From Vicugna vicugna (taxonomy: Eukaryota): 64,000 nt of DNA. The DNA is taken from positions 275,394 through 339,393 of the forward strand of contig MU058650.1 of the NCBI GenBank assembly GCA_013265495.1, written 5' to 3'. Below, in pieces: positions 35,796-48,538 of this stretch (position 1 is the first letter of the stretch; each line of letters opens with the position of its first letter). The translations under genes were made by a program, and so were the position numbers. The notes under the pieces are model-generated. The model ran no database searches. It was not told the origin of the DNA and saw only the letters and a list, made by a program, of their open reading frames with translations.

Positions 35796-36934
35796 CATGG
35801 AGAACCTAGAAAACGATGAAGAAGAATTAACATATAGCATTCAAGTGTTGGAATGTAGGCTCTGCAACGTAAGATGAAAAAAATTGACCAGATTTTTAAG
35901 ATGAAGAAAAGTTCCAAAAGGAAAGACAATGCCCCTCTGCAGGCATTGGAGAAATACAAGGAAGAGCACTAATTTTATCATTAGCTCCCCAATTTACCAG
36001 GTGGTTTTGGAAATGTTACTCATTCTCTATGTTTTCTTAATGACAGATAGTAATGCTCAGCTGATAAGGTTGTTATGAGGACTGAGTAAAATAAAGACTA
36101 TTAAAAATGAGACTGAGTACATAGTGTGGATTTACTAATAACCAAAGCCATTCTCCCCCTGAAAACTTTAAAAGATAATTCACTCAGATGCAAAAAATTA
36201 ATAGACTCAACTTTAAGAAATTCCTCATATAAATATATGTAAAAATGGAGGCAGCAAGATTGAGGGTAATTTGTAGGCTTGTGCTGGACATCTGTGTATG
36301 GGGCCACTGTATTTATATGCAGTGGATTTGAGTCACCCTGTCTTGAGGTGGGGAGGGGGTGGATTAAGTAGCCATTGAGAGCTTTCCTACATACAAGTCT
36401 TGACCAATTGCACATAATCAGGGAGAATAGCAAAGGTTCTTTGAAGATTTATTTCTCTCTAAACTGCTGAATAGCTTGTTCTACATTTAAAAGTGTTACT
36501 CAATCAGTGTCAAGTATTTAAATCACTTCTCACTCTCTCATATTATCACTAATAGGTCCAGAGTTATATTATCTTAATGAAGCATCTTGATAATGAAGTG
36601 TTTACCTGTGACACTAGAAAAGAAAAATCAGCCTTCTGGCCACATAGGGACAGCTGTTCCCACAAGCTCAGAATTCCTATTGAACATAAACTTCCTTACA
36701 GAGGGAGCACAAAGGATTCCTTTCGTCTAAACGATGAAGAGGAGAAGGAAGGAAGAGAGGTGGTCCACAAGGAGGCTAATAATCCTGAAATATTTTGCAC
36801 CATTATGGCTACCTCCTTAAATCCACTCCAACCATTCCTTACTGGATGATACCCTATCAAAAATTACATAGATGTTTCTGAGGACCACAAACTTACCACT
36901 CTTCATGACTACAACAAAACCACAGAGACATACC

Positions 36935-37130
36935 CAGAAAGATATTGCTAAGAGTATATATACTCTGATTCCTTCTAGTAGTTTTTTAGTTGCAGGTCTC
37001 GCATTCAAGCCTTTAATCCACTTTGAGTTGATCTTTGTGTATTGCGTGACATAGTAGTTTAGTTTTACTTTATTTGCTTATGGCTGTCCAGTTTTCCCAA
37101 CACCATTTATTAAAGAGACTATCATTTCTC
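36935..37130 (-). mobile_element. L1 ORF2 fragment
   Basis: ctttaatccactttgagttgatctttgtgt..ccagttttcccaacaccatttatt. Confidence 0.75.
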
Positions 37131-37287
37131 CACACACACAGAAAGAATTACATAGATATTCTTGATTGCCGTGAGCTAACAATAAAATTTATTCCCTCTT
37201 TAAACCATGGTGGGTTTAAAAGCACAATGAGAGCCTAGTATTCCTTAAGTCAAATAATTACTTTAGATTTGTTTCAGGATTTACATC

Positions 37288-37607
37288 TGTAAAGAAAAAC
37301 AATGTTGCTTGTCATTCCAGGTCTACCATCAAACCATTAGCCACTGAAATCACTGACTGACAGTGTGCCATTAGGGGAATTCAGGATAGAGAAAAGCAAG
37401 AAGCATTCTGTGCCTTGGATATACTGGCCCTGAGATGGTTAAGATACATATCTAAGGGAAAATTTCAATGACCCCAGATTCTTGCATCTTCCCATACATA
37501 GAAAAGCAGTAAAATAATTAATTGGAGATGTCTGTTTTTTGTGATTAGCAGTAATCTTCTTTGTTGTTGTTGTTTGACTTTTTTTCCAGTTTAGATATAG
37601 ATATAGA

Positions 37608-37656
<49 letters not shown>

Positions 37657-37806
37657 CTGTATATCTCATGACTCCTCCTTTCCCTCTTCAGAACAGTTCC
37701 TCACAGTTATCTGAGAGGCTGTCCCCCAGCCTATCATCCTCAGTTAGGTCCCTGAATAAAACTTAACTCGCAACTTTTATGCTGTACATTTTTCTTTCTG
37801 GCAACA
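37288..37806 (+). mobile_element. ERV1-type solo LTR with internal (CT)n(AT)n microsatellite (37608-37656)
   Basis: TG..CA ends, AATAAA at ~37755, near-TSD catc/catt. Confidence 0.8.
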
Positions 37807-40617
37807 CATTACACAGACCATTATCTAGAGGAAGAGAGCCTTCTCTAACTTCAGTGACTGAACAAAAGTACAACAAAGCCATTGGTTTCCACAAGGGAAG
37901 TCAACACACAAGGGTGAAATCACAGATAAATGCAGCTTGTGTTTACCACACCTGAAGCCTGAATTCTTAGTTTCATGAGCCAATATGGTTTCTTTACCTT
38001 TAAAGAAAACCCACTCAAGCTGAATTTTCTGTTATTTGCCCATCTAAAAACCAGAGCTTGTGTTTTAATGATTGGTTATCAATGAATAATGATTCTGTTC
38101 TCTTTTACATTCCGAAGGCTGGCATAACCTTATTCAATAGTACTCCACAGTGGCGCAAAAGTGTGTGGGTTAGCAGGGAGAAATTTTCATAAAGGAAGTA
38201 ATTAGAGTGGTCACTCAGAAGAAAGAATAATATTCTCAAGGCAAGGGACAAGTATACCTGAAAATTTTTTAAGTTTAAAACTGAATAAAAGCTACCTACT
38301 GTCATTTCAGCACTACCCCTCAATACACCTAAATCAGATTTTCTGTTAACCTGCAAATTTAAAAGTTTTTTTCAAATTGAATTGATTTAGCTTCATGGAT
38401 TTTTTTCCCCTTTAAAAAAAAGTTTTTATGAACGAAGAAAGGTTTTTACAGACAAGAGTTATACCAGGATCAGTTCTTATGAAGCTTTTGTCTAGATAAG
38501 AGATCACTGCGTGGGCAATATGCGTAAGGGCAAGAACTAAGATGCTTCTGGTGAGGTTGGAGAAGTATCTAAAGCAGATAATTCAGGATCTGGACACATG
38601 TTATATGTTATATTAACTTATGTCACAGATTTATCCTATGTGACCTCATCCCTATAAACTCAGTGACATTTTAAAAATTAAATCCTCTTTATAGGCCTTT
38701 AAGGGTAAAATGTGAGGTCATCCCTTCCCCCAATTCTGTGTCCAATTCATCAACTGGGCCTGGGAGCAGCACTCCTTGTGGCCCAGCTATCACATGGGTC
38801 CTTAGTACAATAGCTCTTTCAGTTTTGGCTTTGGGGCTTCTTTATACAACCCCATACATATTCCCTGGGGCCAGACTGGGGAGTATATACCATATTGTTT
38901 TCTTATTTTCCAGTTTTCATCAGTCTTTCCGCTTAGAACCCATTTACATCTGCTCCTTCTCTTTAGCATATGAATTTTTTTTCATATAAATCAGCTCATG
39001 CAAATAGGCAGGCTCATTCATTCAAAGTCTTTTAAGCTTAGTTAAAACAATCTCTGGTGTATTTAATATAATTGAGGAACTAGACATTTAGCATTTATCC
39101 AGCAGAAATGCACTGATATAGTTGTGCATAGACTATAGTGAGATGATGTGCAGAATAATCCATTTAGTTACATTTTTATGAAGGTAGATCCAAACACCTG
39201 TGGGATAGACTAGTTAGGAGCCCTGACCTGCAGGTTTAATTGCATAGAGGTCACCATATAAATAAATCTTAGAGATTATAATTTACAGACAGCCAATACT
39301 GTAAACTTAGCCTCTGGAAGGAGATGTAACTGGCTTCGTAGTGCACAGTTCACTTTTTGTCATACTAACTACAAGGAACTTAACGAGAGATCCTGAGATT
39401 GTGACCACCTGAATCACTAATGCTGTCAAAAGAGATTTGCACAGAATTCACTTAAAATCAGCAAGTTCCTTCCTACCCATTTGTAATTTAAAACCTGAAC
39501 ATGTGATTTTAGGTTGACCCCTCAAGGATTCTGCGTTGAGACACAAAGGCTTATTAGTGATGGACAGATCATCAAAGAACATTTGAAAATATGAGCCATA
39601 ACCTTCTTTGAAGCGAGAGCATCAGATAAATTGCATGCTAAGATAAGGAAATGTGTAATTTCTAAAAGAGCTTCATCTTGTCTTAAATGAGACTCATGCT
39701 TGTCTCCTCATGTTGGGGTTTAGCAAGAGGAACGGGAAATTTTTTTTTTCCTTCAGTGGAAATCTAGGCTTTTGTCAAATTGGATAGGAATATTTTCTTA
39801 TTGTTTCCTAGCTAATAAATCACAGAGATGGGATTGGTGCAAGGTTTGTATAATTCCAAATACCACACACTGATAATAATAAAATAATAACTTTGTAATT
39901 TCTTCTTTGCACATGTTTCTGTAATCATAACCTTCAAATAAAAGGCGTACATTTAGATAAAAAATTAGTGAAGTGCTTCTATGTGGCTTCTGTATTTTGA
40001 AAGCTGGAATCTCATGGGCATTGCCTCTTCATAATGGAAAATGTCCCAGGCTTGAAGTCCAAGACTGAAAATCCCAAATTGTGGATAATGTGTACAGTAC
40101 TGGGATGATTAGGGTTTTCTTACTACCATTGTTCTGTTTATTGTAACTCTATTTAAATTAATGTGGGAACCCCTCCTTTGGCATTTTGCATATGCCAGTT
40201 CTTCCTTTCAACTAGATCATGAGTCCCTTGTTACATGCCTGGCACACGTACATTCCTCCTGAGGAATTTATGTCACCTTCCATCTTTTTATTGGATCATA
40301 ATGAAGATGACACATTGCAGTGGAGTCCCTTCTTGATTGCCAGAGCTCACTCAACAGGAACCTAGGAAACTTGTGAGAATCTGTGTTCTGGTCAGTATAT
40401 TTTATTGAAGGATTTGTTTGCAGGTACTAATCATTAATTTGTTTAGGGCATCTCTGTCTGTGAGAATTAGAGAATCAAGACAATCTCACAGTTAATTACC
40501 AAAAGCATGGTTTCTAAGACTCCAGCTGTTTTAAATAGGGAAACACAGTCGTAAGCCTGAGACAGTTTTGTTTTCTTGAGAATAAAGTAATAGGTAATGT
40601 CAAGCTAAAAATATAAC

Positions 40618-42420
40618 TGTAGCAGAAATGATTATCTATTCATCAAAACTTCCCTTTTTTGTGGATACACAATTGGAGTGCATTTTCCATCCTGTCTTGC
40701 AGATGGGTGTAGCTGTGGGATTGAGTCTTCAGGCAGCACATGTGAATGAAAGTGGTCTACTGTGTTACCAGGGCTAGCCTATAAGACCCTCCCAGGCAGA
40801 GTCACCAACAAACTGGGTCCCTGTGTAGCAACATGAAGCAGATTTACTATAACCTAGAACCCTTCTGTCCTGATATATGCAATATGCATTTATTGCTTGA
40901 GGTCTCTGGATTTTTTATAAGTGCAGCTTATCCTATCCTAACCAATGTGCAGAATATTAACATCTAAGATGATGTAACTAAAGCTTAACTTCTGTGGCTC
41001 TGACTTAAAGGCAGGGTGGGAGTTTGTGAAGTCAAAAAGAGGAGAATATATGCCAGGTGGTAGCAAAACACTGTAAAATTTTCAACCTTGGTTAACTTGG
41101 AAGGCAGAGTACCCTAAGAGCCTGCAGTTCTACAGGAAGTCATGGTGGGGAGCCAGAATGTAAGAGTGAGTTGGATTCCTCCTGTTGTATTTGGCAACAT
41201 ATCAAGAGAAGCAGCTGAGTTTAGGACAGAGCTGGGTGATTTGCACACAAAATCTGGAGAATGCTAATGATGAATGACTTCTGTATTCAAAAAAGGGGGG
41301 CGGATGGGCAGATAAGATTGAAAAAGAGTAAGAAAAAGACACGCTGAAGTGAGCTACAGAGATGACCCCAGAAGACTTCTCAATTTAACAAAGGGACTCA
41401 GCCCTGCGGGAAAGATCTGATTAAGCCTTTCCTCCAGTACTGTGTGGCAATGAGGTTACTGCTATTAAATTAACAGACAATCGTGGGGGAAAAGAAATAA
41501 GGCAAGAACAAGAAATTTATGTAGAAGAGAACCTTGGTTAGGATGCTGGTACATGGAACTGACTGGAAGCAAATCAATCAGAAACTTTCTAAGTTTTTAA
41601 GGGAATTATTCTGCCCAACAGCAAAGACAAGTATGCATCTATCCTGAAAAAGCCTGTGAGTCTAAATCAATGCTAATGTTAGGCAGTTAGAAATGAGCAG
41701 CAGGCAAAGGGAGAGGAAGGGGGAGGGAGCAATCCAGAAGGTAACAGTACACCTACACTCAGGATAAGGCGCTTCAAAGAGTTTTACTTTCTCAAAATGA
41801 GTGTCGACAAAAGGGCCAGTTAGAATTAAACGCTGCGGCTGTGCAGTAAAGAGAAAGACCTGGCTTAAGGTGCCCCAGTGCTCATTACAATGTAATGAGC
41901 ACTGCGGTTTGGCCTCCCTCCCATAGGTTTTTCTGTGTGCATCATGGATAAGAGCATGTGCAGAAGAGACGGCATGCCTCAAGTAATGTAAGCTGTCAAT
42001 CAACCATGAGAACACCCCTAAGCCAGGATGTGAGACAGGAGAAGCAAAGAAGCCCTGCCATTTTTCCCTCTCTTGGGTTTCCTGCCCTCAGTTCTCGGAG
42101 GTGTATTATATTTTACTAACTTTTGCTCTACGAATAAAATTTTCTATTTATATCATGCTTTGTTTCCCATTTAAATTATTTTTCTTGGGTAAGACAGAGA
42201 ACTGAGGTCTCTCTTTCCCCTCCTGGCAGTAACGCTTCAACCTATAAACATGTAGAGCAGGGACCAGGCTGTGAAAGCTGTGAAGCTCCCAAGAAGGGTA
42301 GCGTTCCCAATGCTCGCTTCAGACGTAGCCAGAGCAAGGACTTCCTAGTATCTGCCACCATGCTGTGAGCCTGTGAACTGTAATGTGTCTTCTCTTTTTT
42401 CTATTTTCTGAATGAGAGAT
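40618..42420 (+). mobile_element. Old MLT1 LTR plus MaLR internal sequence, interrupted by a younger LTR
   Basis: LTR-like 40618-40950 ending gcagcttatcctatcccta accaatg, followed by MLT-int-like text (tggctctgactt, atggaactgactggaagcaaat). Confidence 0.55.
41677..42234 (+). mobile_element. Diverged solo LTR related to 3489-4033 / 14327-14884
   Basis: TGTTAGgcagttagaaa start; shared ccagttagaat..aaac..cggctgtgcag..ccagtg..cat blocks; AATAAA at ~42133. Confidence 0.75.
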
Positions 42421-42466
42421 TTAATTGCAATTATGCAGTTATCTTGCCTCTGAGTATGTGAAAGAG

Positions 42467-42500
<34 letters not shown>

Positions 42501-42597
42501 TGTGTATACACACATTTCCTCTCTTTTGCCTACTCAGCATCACTTCTTTTACGGTTAGGAAACCGGTACTTAGGAGTGGCATCAATAGGAAGACAAA

Positions 42598-42725
42598 GGG
42601 GAAGTGTATGTTCAGTGGTGGAACGTATGTTCAGCATGCAGGAGGTCCTGGGTTCAATCCCCAGTACCTCCTTTAGAAAATAAATAAATCTAATTTCCTT
42701 ACTCCCTTCCCCTGCCCCCCAAAAA
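42598..42725 (+). mobile_element. tRNA-Ala-derived SINE (vic-1 type)
   Basis: ttcagtggtggaacg..agcatgcaggaggtcctgggttcaatccccagtacctcc; flanking GAAGACAA duplication. Confidence 0.88.
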
Positions 42726-43391
42726 GAAGACAAGGGCACATGATGAGAACGCTGTTTGTGAACACAGAGTGGAAACTCCCTTGGAAACTTCTAGAAATAG
42801 CTAGAAATAGATCTGGCTGAGATCAAGTGGTTATAGAGAAGAGGACCAAGAAACTAAAAAGGATGGCTCAGTACTGTATGTATACACTGCTGACATATAG
42901 GAACCCTGGATCAGGTTGGTCTCCTTACAGGTATGTGCTGAATCTAATCTAACTGGTGGATGGGGCGCTGACAGGCACCCAGTGGGTATTCAATTGACAT
43001 TTAATAGTAACAGTAAAATGATCCCTCTTCTCTGTCTATCTTTTCAGGGGAGGAGCTGTCTGGCCATAAGACAGGCAAATCACGCCTTTCCTGTGTGACA
43101 TATATTCAGAGAGCATACAACTACAGAAATTGTGATTCGTGCTGTTTGGTTTTGTAAGCAAATTAAGGAGAGATTTCCAGCTATAAAAATAATTCAAAAT
43201 TGGCCAGGCCTGGTGTTGTGTTAGTAGCATCATCTTCAGCCATAATAATAATGCACCGTGAGCACTCCATTCATTCATTTACTGGTTCCGCATTCTTTCA
43301 TTTACGATTCATTCATACTCTAAGCCACGGTCATACATGCTGTGAAAAAATACACTAAAAGGAATCTATAGATTTGTCCTTTTTGGTATCA

Positions 43392-43397
43392 TTTATT
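43392..43397 (-). terminator. GUCY1A2: Candidate distal polyadenylation signal AATAAA
   Basis: tttatt on + strand at the edge of the repeat-poor block; downstream on minus: ccttttagtgtattttttc. Confidence 0.6.
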
Positions 43398-46300
43398 GAT
43401 TTAAATATTTTATAAGTGACAGTTTGTCTTATAAGGTAAATAAATGTGTGGCTTAAACAGATAGTTTTGTAATGAATTATATAAATATAACACACAACTG
43501 TTATTTCCACTTTGTTTTATAAGAATCCCAAGTGTTTATCACTCATTTTTCATATACAAATTTACCATGTTCTGCAGTCTGTAAATACAAAGACATTTTG
43601 CATAATGAAACATGCTATTTATATCATGCATGATTTAGAATCATTACAAATAAGCACAATCAAATGAGCAAAAAGTGGTATTACATGAAAAGCAAAGAAC
43701 ATACAGTGGATGTTTATAAGCCTATAAATGCTTACATACTTTTACACATAATAGTATTCTTAAAATTCTAGTGAAATGAGGCATATTTTATCTTTTCAAT
43801 CAGAAAAAAGTTTCTCTAAGCTTCTACTACAGGGTAAAGAAAAAAAATCTTAGAATATAATATGAAACACCCAATTAAACTTTTAAAATTAATGGTACAG
43901 GTTTAAGAGATGCATTCATCTTTAAAAAATGAAAAACAGCCTGACGTATCAAAATATATGCAATTTAACCATGCCCTACAGATGTATTAGTATATATCCT
44001 GGTGTTAATTGTTGACATTGTAATTTAACTTTGTGATAGCTGGATTTGGAAAACTAATGATCCACAAAGTATAATCGGAGCACAAAGTAGCAGGTGCACA
44101 ATATATACACTGCAAGCCAAATCAAAAATTTGGACCCATGAAATTACAGCAAATGAATTAGACAAAACATTAAAATAATCCAGGCATCTGGTCAAGTAAA
44201 ACCTATCCCATGCAGAGGAAGTGAATGAAGGCCTAGCACATTGTAACCATGTGTTTTTATTAAGTGGGTTGGGAAACCTGTTTATTACTACATACTGCGA
44301 GAGTGTTTGATGAAAATGCATTGGCTGTTTATCTTGTGCATTGAAATAAGCAGGCAAAGTTTTGTTGGTTTTTGTTTTTATCTAAAGTACTGTTAGGGAA
44401 ATGAGGACCTTTGGTTTTGGAAAATGGCTAGTCACAGTTGAAAAGTCAGAATTCAGGTAGGTTGATTTTGAAATGAAGAGTGATATGTATTATTTCCGGA
44501 ATGCACTTAATTGGTACATTTTAAAAGCATAATGAGACAACTTTGTCACTTGATTATCAAAGTTATAATGTAGTTACAGGCAGCTGTTATAAAATTTTAT
44601 AGTTTTTCCAAGGCAAAATTTTCAGGAAGTTTTGTTTGTTTGTTTGTTTGTTTAAAGCTGTTAGTCCAACCTTAAATCAGAAAGTCTTCTTTCCAAGGAC
44701 CATCTTTCTATTTGAACCTAACATGACTTCCCTACTAGCCATAAACTGCCATTATTATAGGAACCAATTTTCACATAGTTGGAGTAATTTTGCTTCCCTC
44801 CAAATTCTTAAAGGAGACAATGATTAGTAGTCTGTTATTTTTGCCAATCTGGGCCTTAGATATCAATTCAGTAAGAAGCCACAAAACAGAGGGAGAAAAT
44901 GGGACTCTGGTTCACAGTTGCTCAAATTTCTCCTTAATTTCTTTTCTTTTCCTCAACTATCTTTCTTCTATTTTTACATTCTTTATCATTTCTCTCAACA
45001 AGCAAAAATGGTATAGGTATTGAAGGTCATATTTCTTTATTTGAATGAGTATCAGATTGTCTATCATTTCAAGACAAAGGCTTACTGAACACTGAAAATC
45101 ACAGGAAGAAAGTAATTTATATTTTCATAGGTGCCAATTAAAGTGGGAGCTGCCTTTTTTCCCCCAACAATTTCAGAGTAAATGTCAGTGTGGAATAAAG
45201 ATTGATTAGCATAGAAATTCTTCTCTTTTGAAATTTTAATTTTTCTGAATTTTCCATATCCCTTCCTTTGACTGACTACCTAATCTCGGTAGAAGACCCG
45301 TCAGGGGTATAACAAAGATGTCCAAATGAGAAATGAGAACCAAAATTCAAAGGTACTCAACTTATTGAAGCAAATCATCTTTCCAGAGAGAAAAAAAGCT
45401 GTATTATTTCTACATAATTTTCTGTTAATGAGCACAAAGTTACATCATGACAACTTGTTAAGTAGTTTTAATGTAGCATTAATACACTAACATAAAAACA
45501 TGAAAAGAGTACAATTTTCAGTTTTAGAGATAAAGATTCTTTAAATCTTATTTAAGACTTCTTTAAATTATTGTAATGTTAGGGGTAAAGGAAGAACATA
45601 TTCTTTCATCTTCCTATTACTCGTTCAAATAATGGATTTCACTTCTTTTCCCTAATAAATCAAATACTCTGCCAGAAATGACTAAATTTTCCCTGAAAAA
45701 AAAATGGTTTTGAGTTGAGATTTGTAAATGATTGATTCCTCAGTACAGCTATCATAAAATGATACAGCCTGTGTTTTTGTACTTAAGAATGTGGTAATTT
45801 GCTAATTCTGGTGAATAAACCAAAACTGCGGTTATAAACAGCTATCTGAATATACGTTAAAATCTAAAGGCATAGAGGTAAGAAATATGGAATGCATTAC
45901 ATATTGCTTTTTCAATACAGTGGCCATAAAATTGACAGTAAATATTCTCAAACCCTGAAAAAAGAACCCAAATCACCACGCTATGACAAACTGAGTTACA
46001 GAAGGATATACAGGAAGCAAGACAGTGCATCGGTCATCTCTAGATAAAGAGCCAGTAAAATCAGGTAGCATTTAGTGTATTTGCCTTATTAGTAAGTAGT
46101 TTCTAGAAAACAGTTTTCCTACAAATGGTTTATTTTCCATTTCAATCTTTAGCTGTGTGGTACCTAAGGAAAACTTTACTATTTGAAAATAAGATGTCTT
46201 TTTGCAAATTAAGATGTTTGTAGGGGCAAAAAATAGGAGACTGTCCAAAAAAGCTGACCCTGATACTTCCTGAAAACATGTTTAAATTCAGTAAAAAAGA

Positions 46301-48133
46301 ACAACATATTTTTTTTTAGACTAATGTTTCTCTTCACTGATGAAACCTTTATAGAAGCCAAAGTATTGATTGTCTCAGTCAGTCCTATCCCCAAATGATC
46401 TGTATCTGAAAGAAGAGAGGGAAGGAGAGATGGAGAGATAGAAAAAAGCTGAGGATGCTGACAAACCTAAGGGCCTAATTAGTTCACTGCACATAATACC
46501 CATACAGGTAGCCCATCCATTTAACATTCATCAATAATCTTACTCAGAAATAACATCAAACTCTGTTGATATTCAGATTACAGCCACCCTTGATATCTGG
46601 ACTCTTGCATGGTTTCTCATCAGCATAAAGACTACGCTCATATTTAATCAGATCATAAAGCAAATATTGATTCAAGACATAGTACCAAATTTTCCCAACA
46701 GAAAGGAAAATCTGCACGGATGGACGTATGTAATGCAAGAAGTTCTTTTTGTCCCTTTAAATTTTTTTAATTCTGATTAGCATATTTCTTAAGCTTCTTG
46801 TTTGCTTTATCAAAGTTTTGACATTGAATTTTATGATATCATGTTACATATGAATACTTTTTCTTTGTTGCAGTCCAGCTGAATCTAGCTGAAGTAGTCC
46901 ACATATGTTTATAAAATGAGATACTTCCTCTGGTCAGGTATTCATTTGCATCTTGTAGGAGAATTTTTTTTTACATAGAAAAAAGGTATTTTTAAGGATT
47001 AAAAGTGCCTTGTGACACACTTGAAGCAAATTTTAAAGATAAGAATAATAATTTTGGCTGCCATTCATTAATAATTATACTTGCACAGCAAAAGCAAAAC
47101 TAAAGAATTTTTTTTAATTCCCTGAATTATTATAGCTAATTATACAGTTGTCTAGTTTATCTAGACCTTCTTGGCTAGAATGAGATCTAACATAAGAATT
47201 TCTTCTTCTTAATAATATTTTCTAGTCAAATAATATAAAAACAATTCATCTGAGACTCCAAGCCAAGGTTAGGCTTGGATTTTAACCTGGTAATTTACAC
47301 CAGTAAGATTCAGAGGGGAAGTTTCACGTTGTTGATAAACAACCTGGCCACTCTATCACGAAGTTTGTTTCACTTTAGCTATGGAGATATGAACTCAAAA
47401 AAAAGCTTTAAAAAAGGGGGAGTACTTCTAAGAGGTTATACACAAATATATTTATACAGATCATCCCAGTCTCAGAAGAGAGCCGTGCTCTCCTGCCAGC
47501 CTTGGAAGTTAGTGATACTGACCGTAAAGGAATGCTTCTTGGGGGTCAATAAAAGTAGAATTGTCCCAGGAATTGAGGTGTCATTAAGTATGGAAACACA
47601 TAATATCTTATTAGTCAGAAATTTATATTCATTTTTCAAAGAATTTGAACACAAATTGGCTTTCACTTAGATTTTATTCTGGTCAGTTTGAGATATTTGC
47701 TCTATATCCTAATCTAGACAAGTATGAATACAGGATATTTGAATGTTATCCTTAACCCTTATATTATTAAAAACAATAGTTTATTATTTTAAATAAAATA
47801 ATACTGCCAATTTTGTAAACCATGGCATAAAGCCTAAAATTCATAACTTTGTCTTATTTATGACATCTTCTACATCTTTTCTGCAACAAAGGAGAAACAT
47901 AGAGAAAAATAATTGAAATGTAATTCATAATTCTTTGCTGTCTTCACAAGATAAAACCTTTAGGAATCCATTAACAAAATTATTCTCCCTTCTCAGTGCT
48001 GAAGAACTTGATACATTTAGAAAACTTTCAAGTCTTCAGCAATCTGAATTTTGAATATAAGTAAATTGGCTTTCCAGACAGCAAATCTTTGTCCTAAATT
48101 ATTTTTCTAACTGATAATTCTGATTAAAAATTG

Positions 48134-48538
48134 CATGCTAAATGCAATAAGCCACAAAGACAGAAAATACTGATATCACTTATATGTGGCATCTAAAAAA
48201 AAAAAAAAGAAGAAGAAGAAGAAACAAATGAACTTACTTACAAAACAGAAACAGATGTAAGAAAGAGACTTGTGATTACCAGGGAGCAAAGGGGGTGGAA
48301 AGGGATAAATTGGGAGTTTAAGATTTGCAGATACTAACTATTATATATAAAATAAACAGCAAGTTTATACTGTACAGCACAGGGAAATATATTCAATATC
48401 CTCTAGTAACCTATAATGAAAAAGAATATGGAAAGGAATATACGTCTGATTGTGTATGACTAAAATATTATGTTATACACCAGAAATTGACACAACATTG
48501 TAAACTGACTAAACTTCCATTAAAAAAAAAAACTCTTA
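48134..48538 (+). mobile_element. Short L1 3' end inside the predicted GUCY1A2 3'UTR (antisense to the gene)
   Basis: Homologous to the 3'UTRs at 17880-18230 and 61760-62130; TSD AAAAATTG (48126-48133, 48539-48546) at TT/AAAA. Confidence 0.9.
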
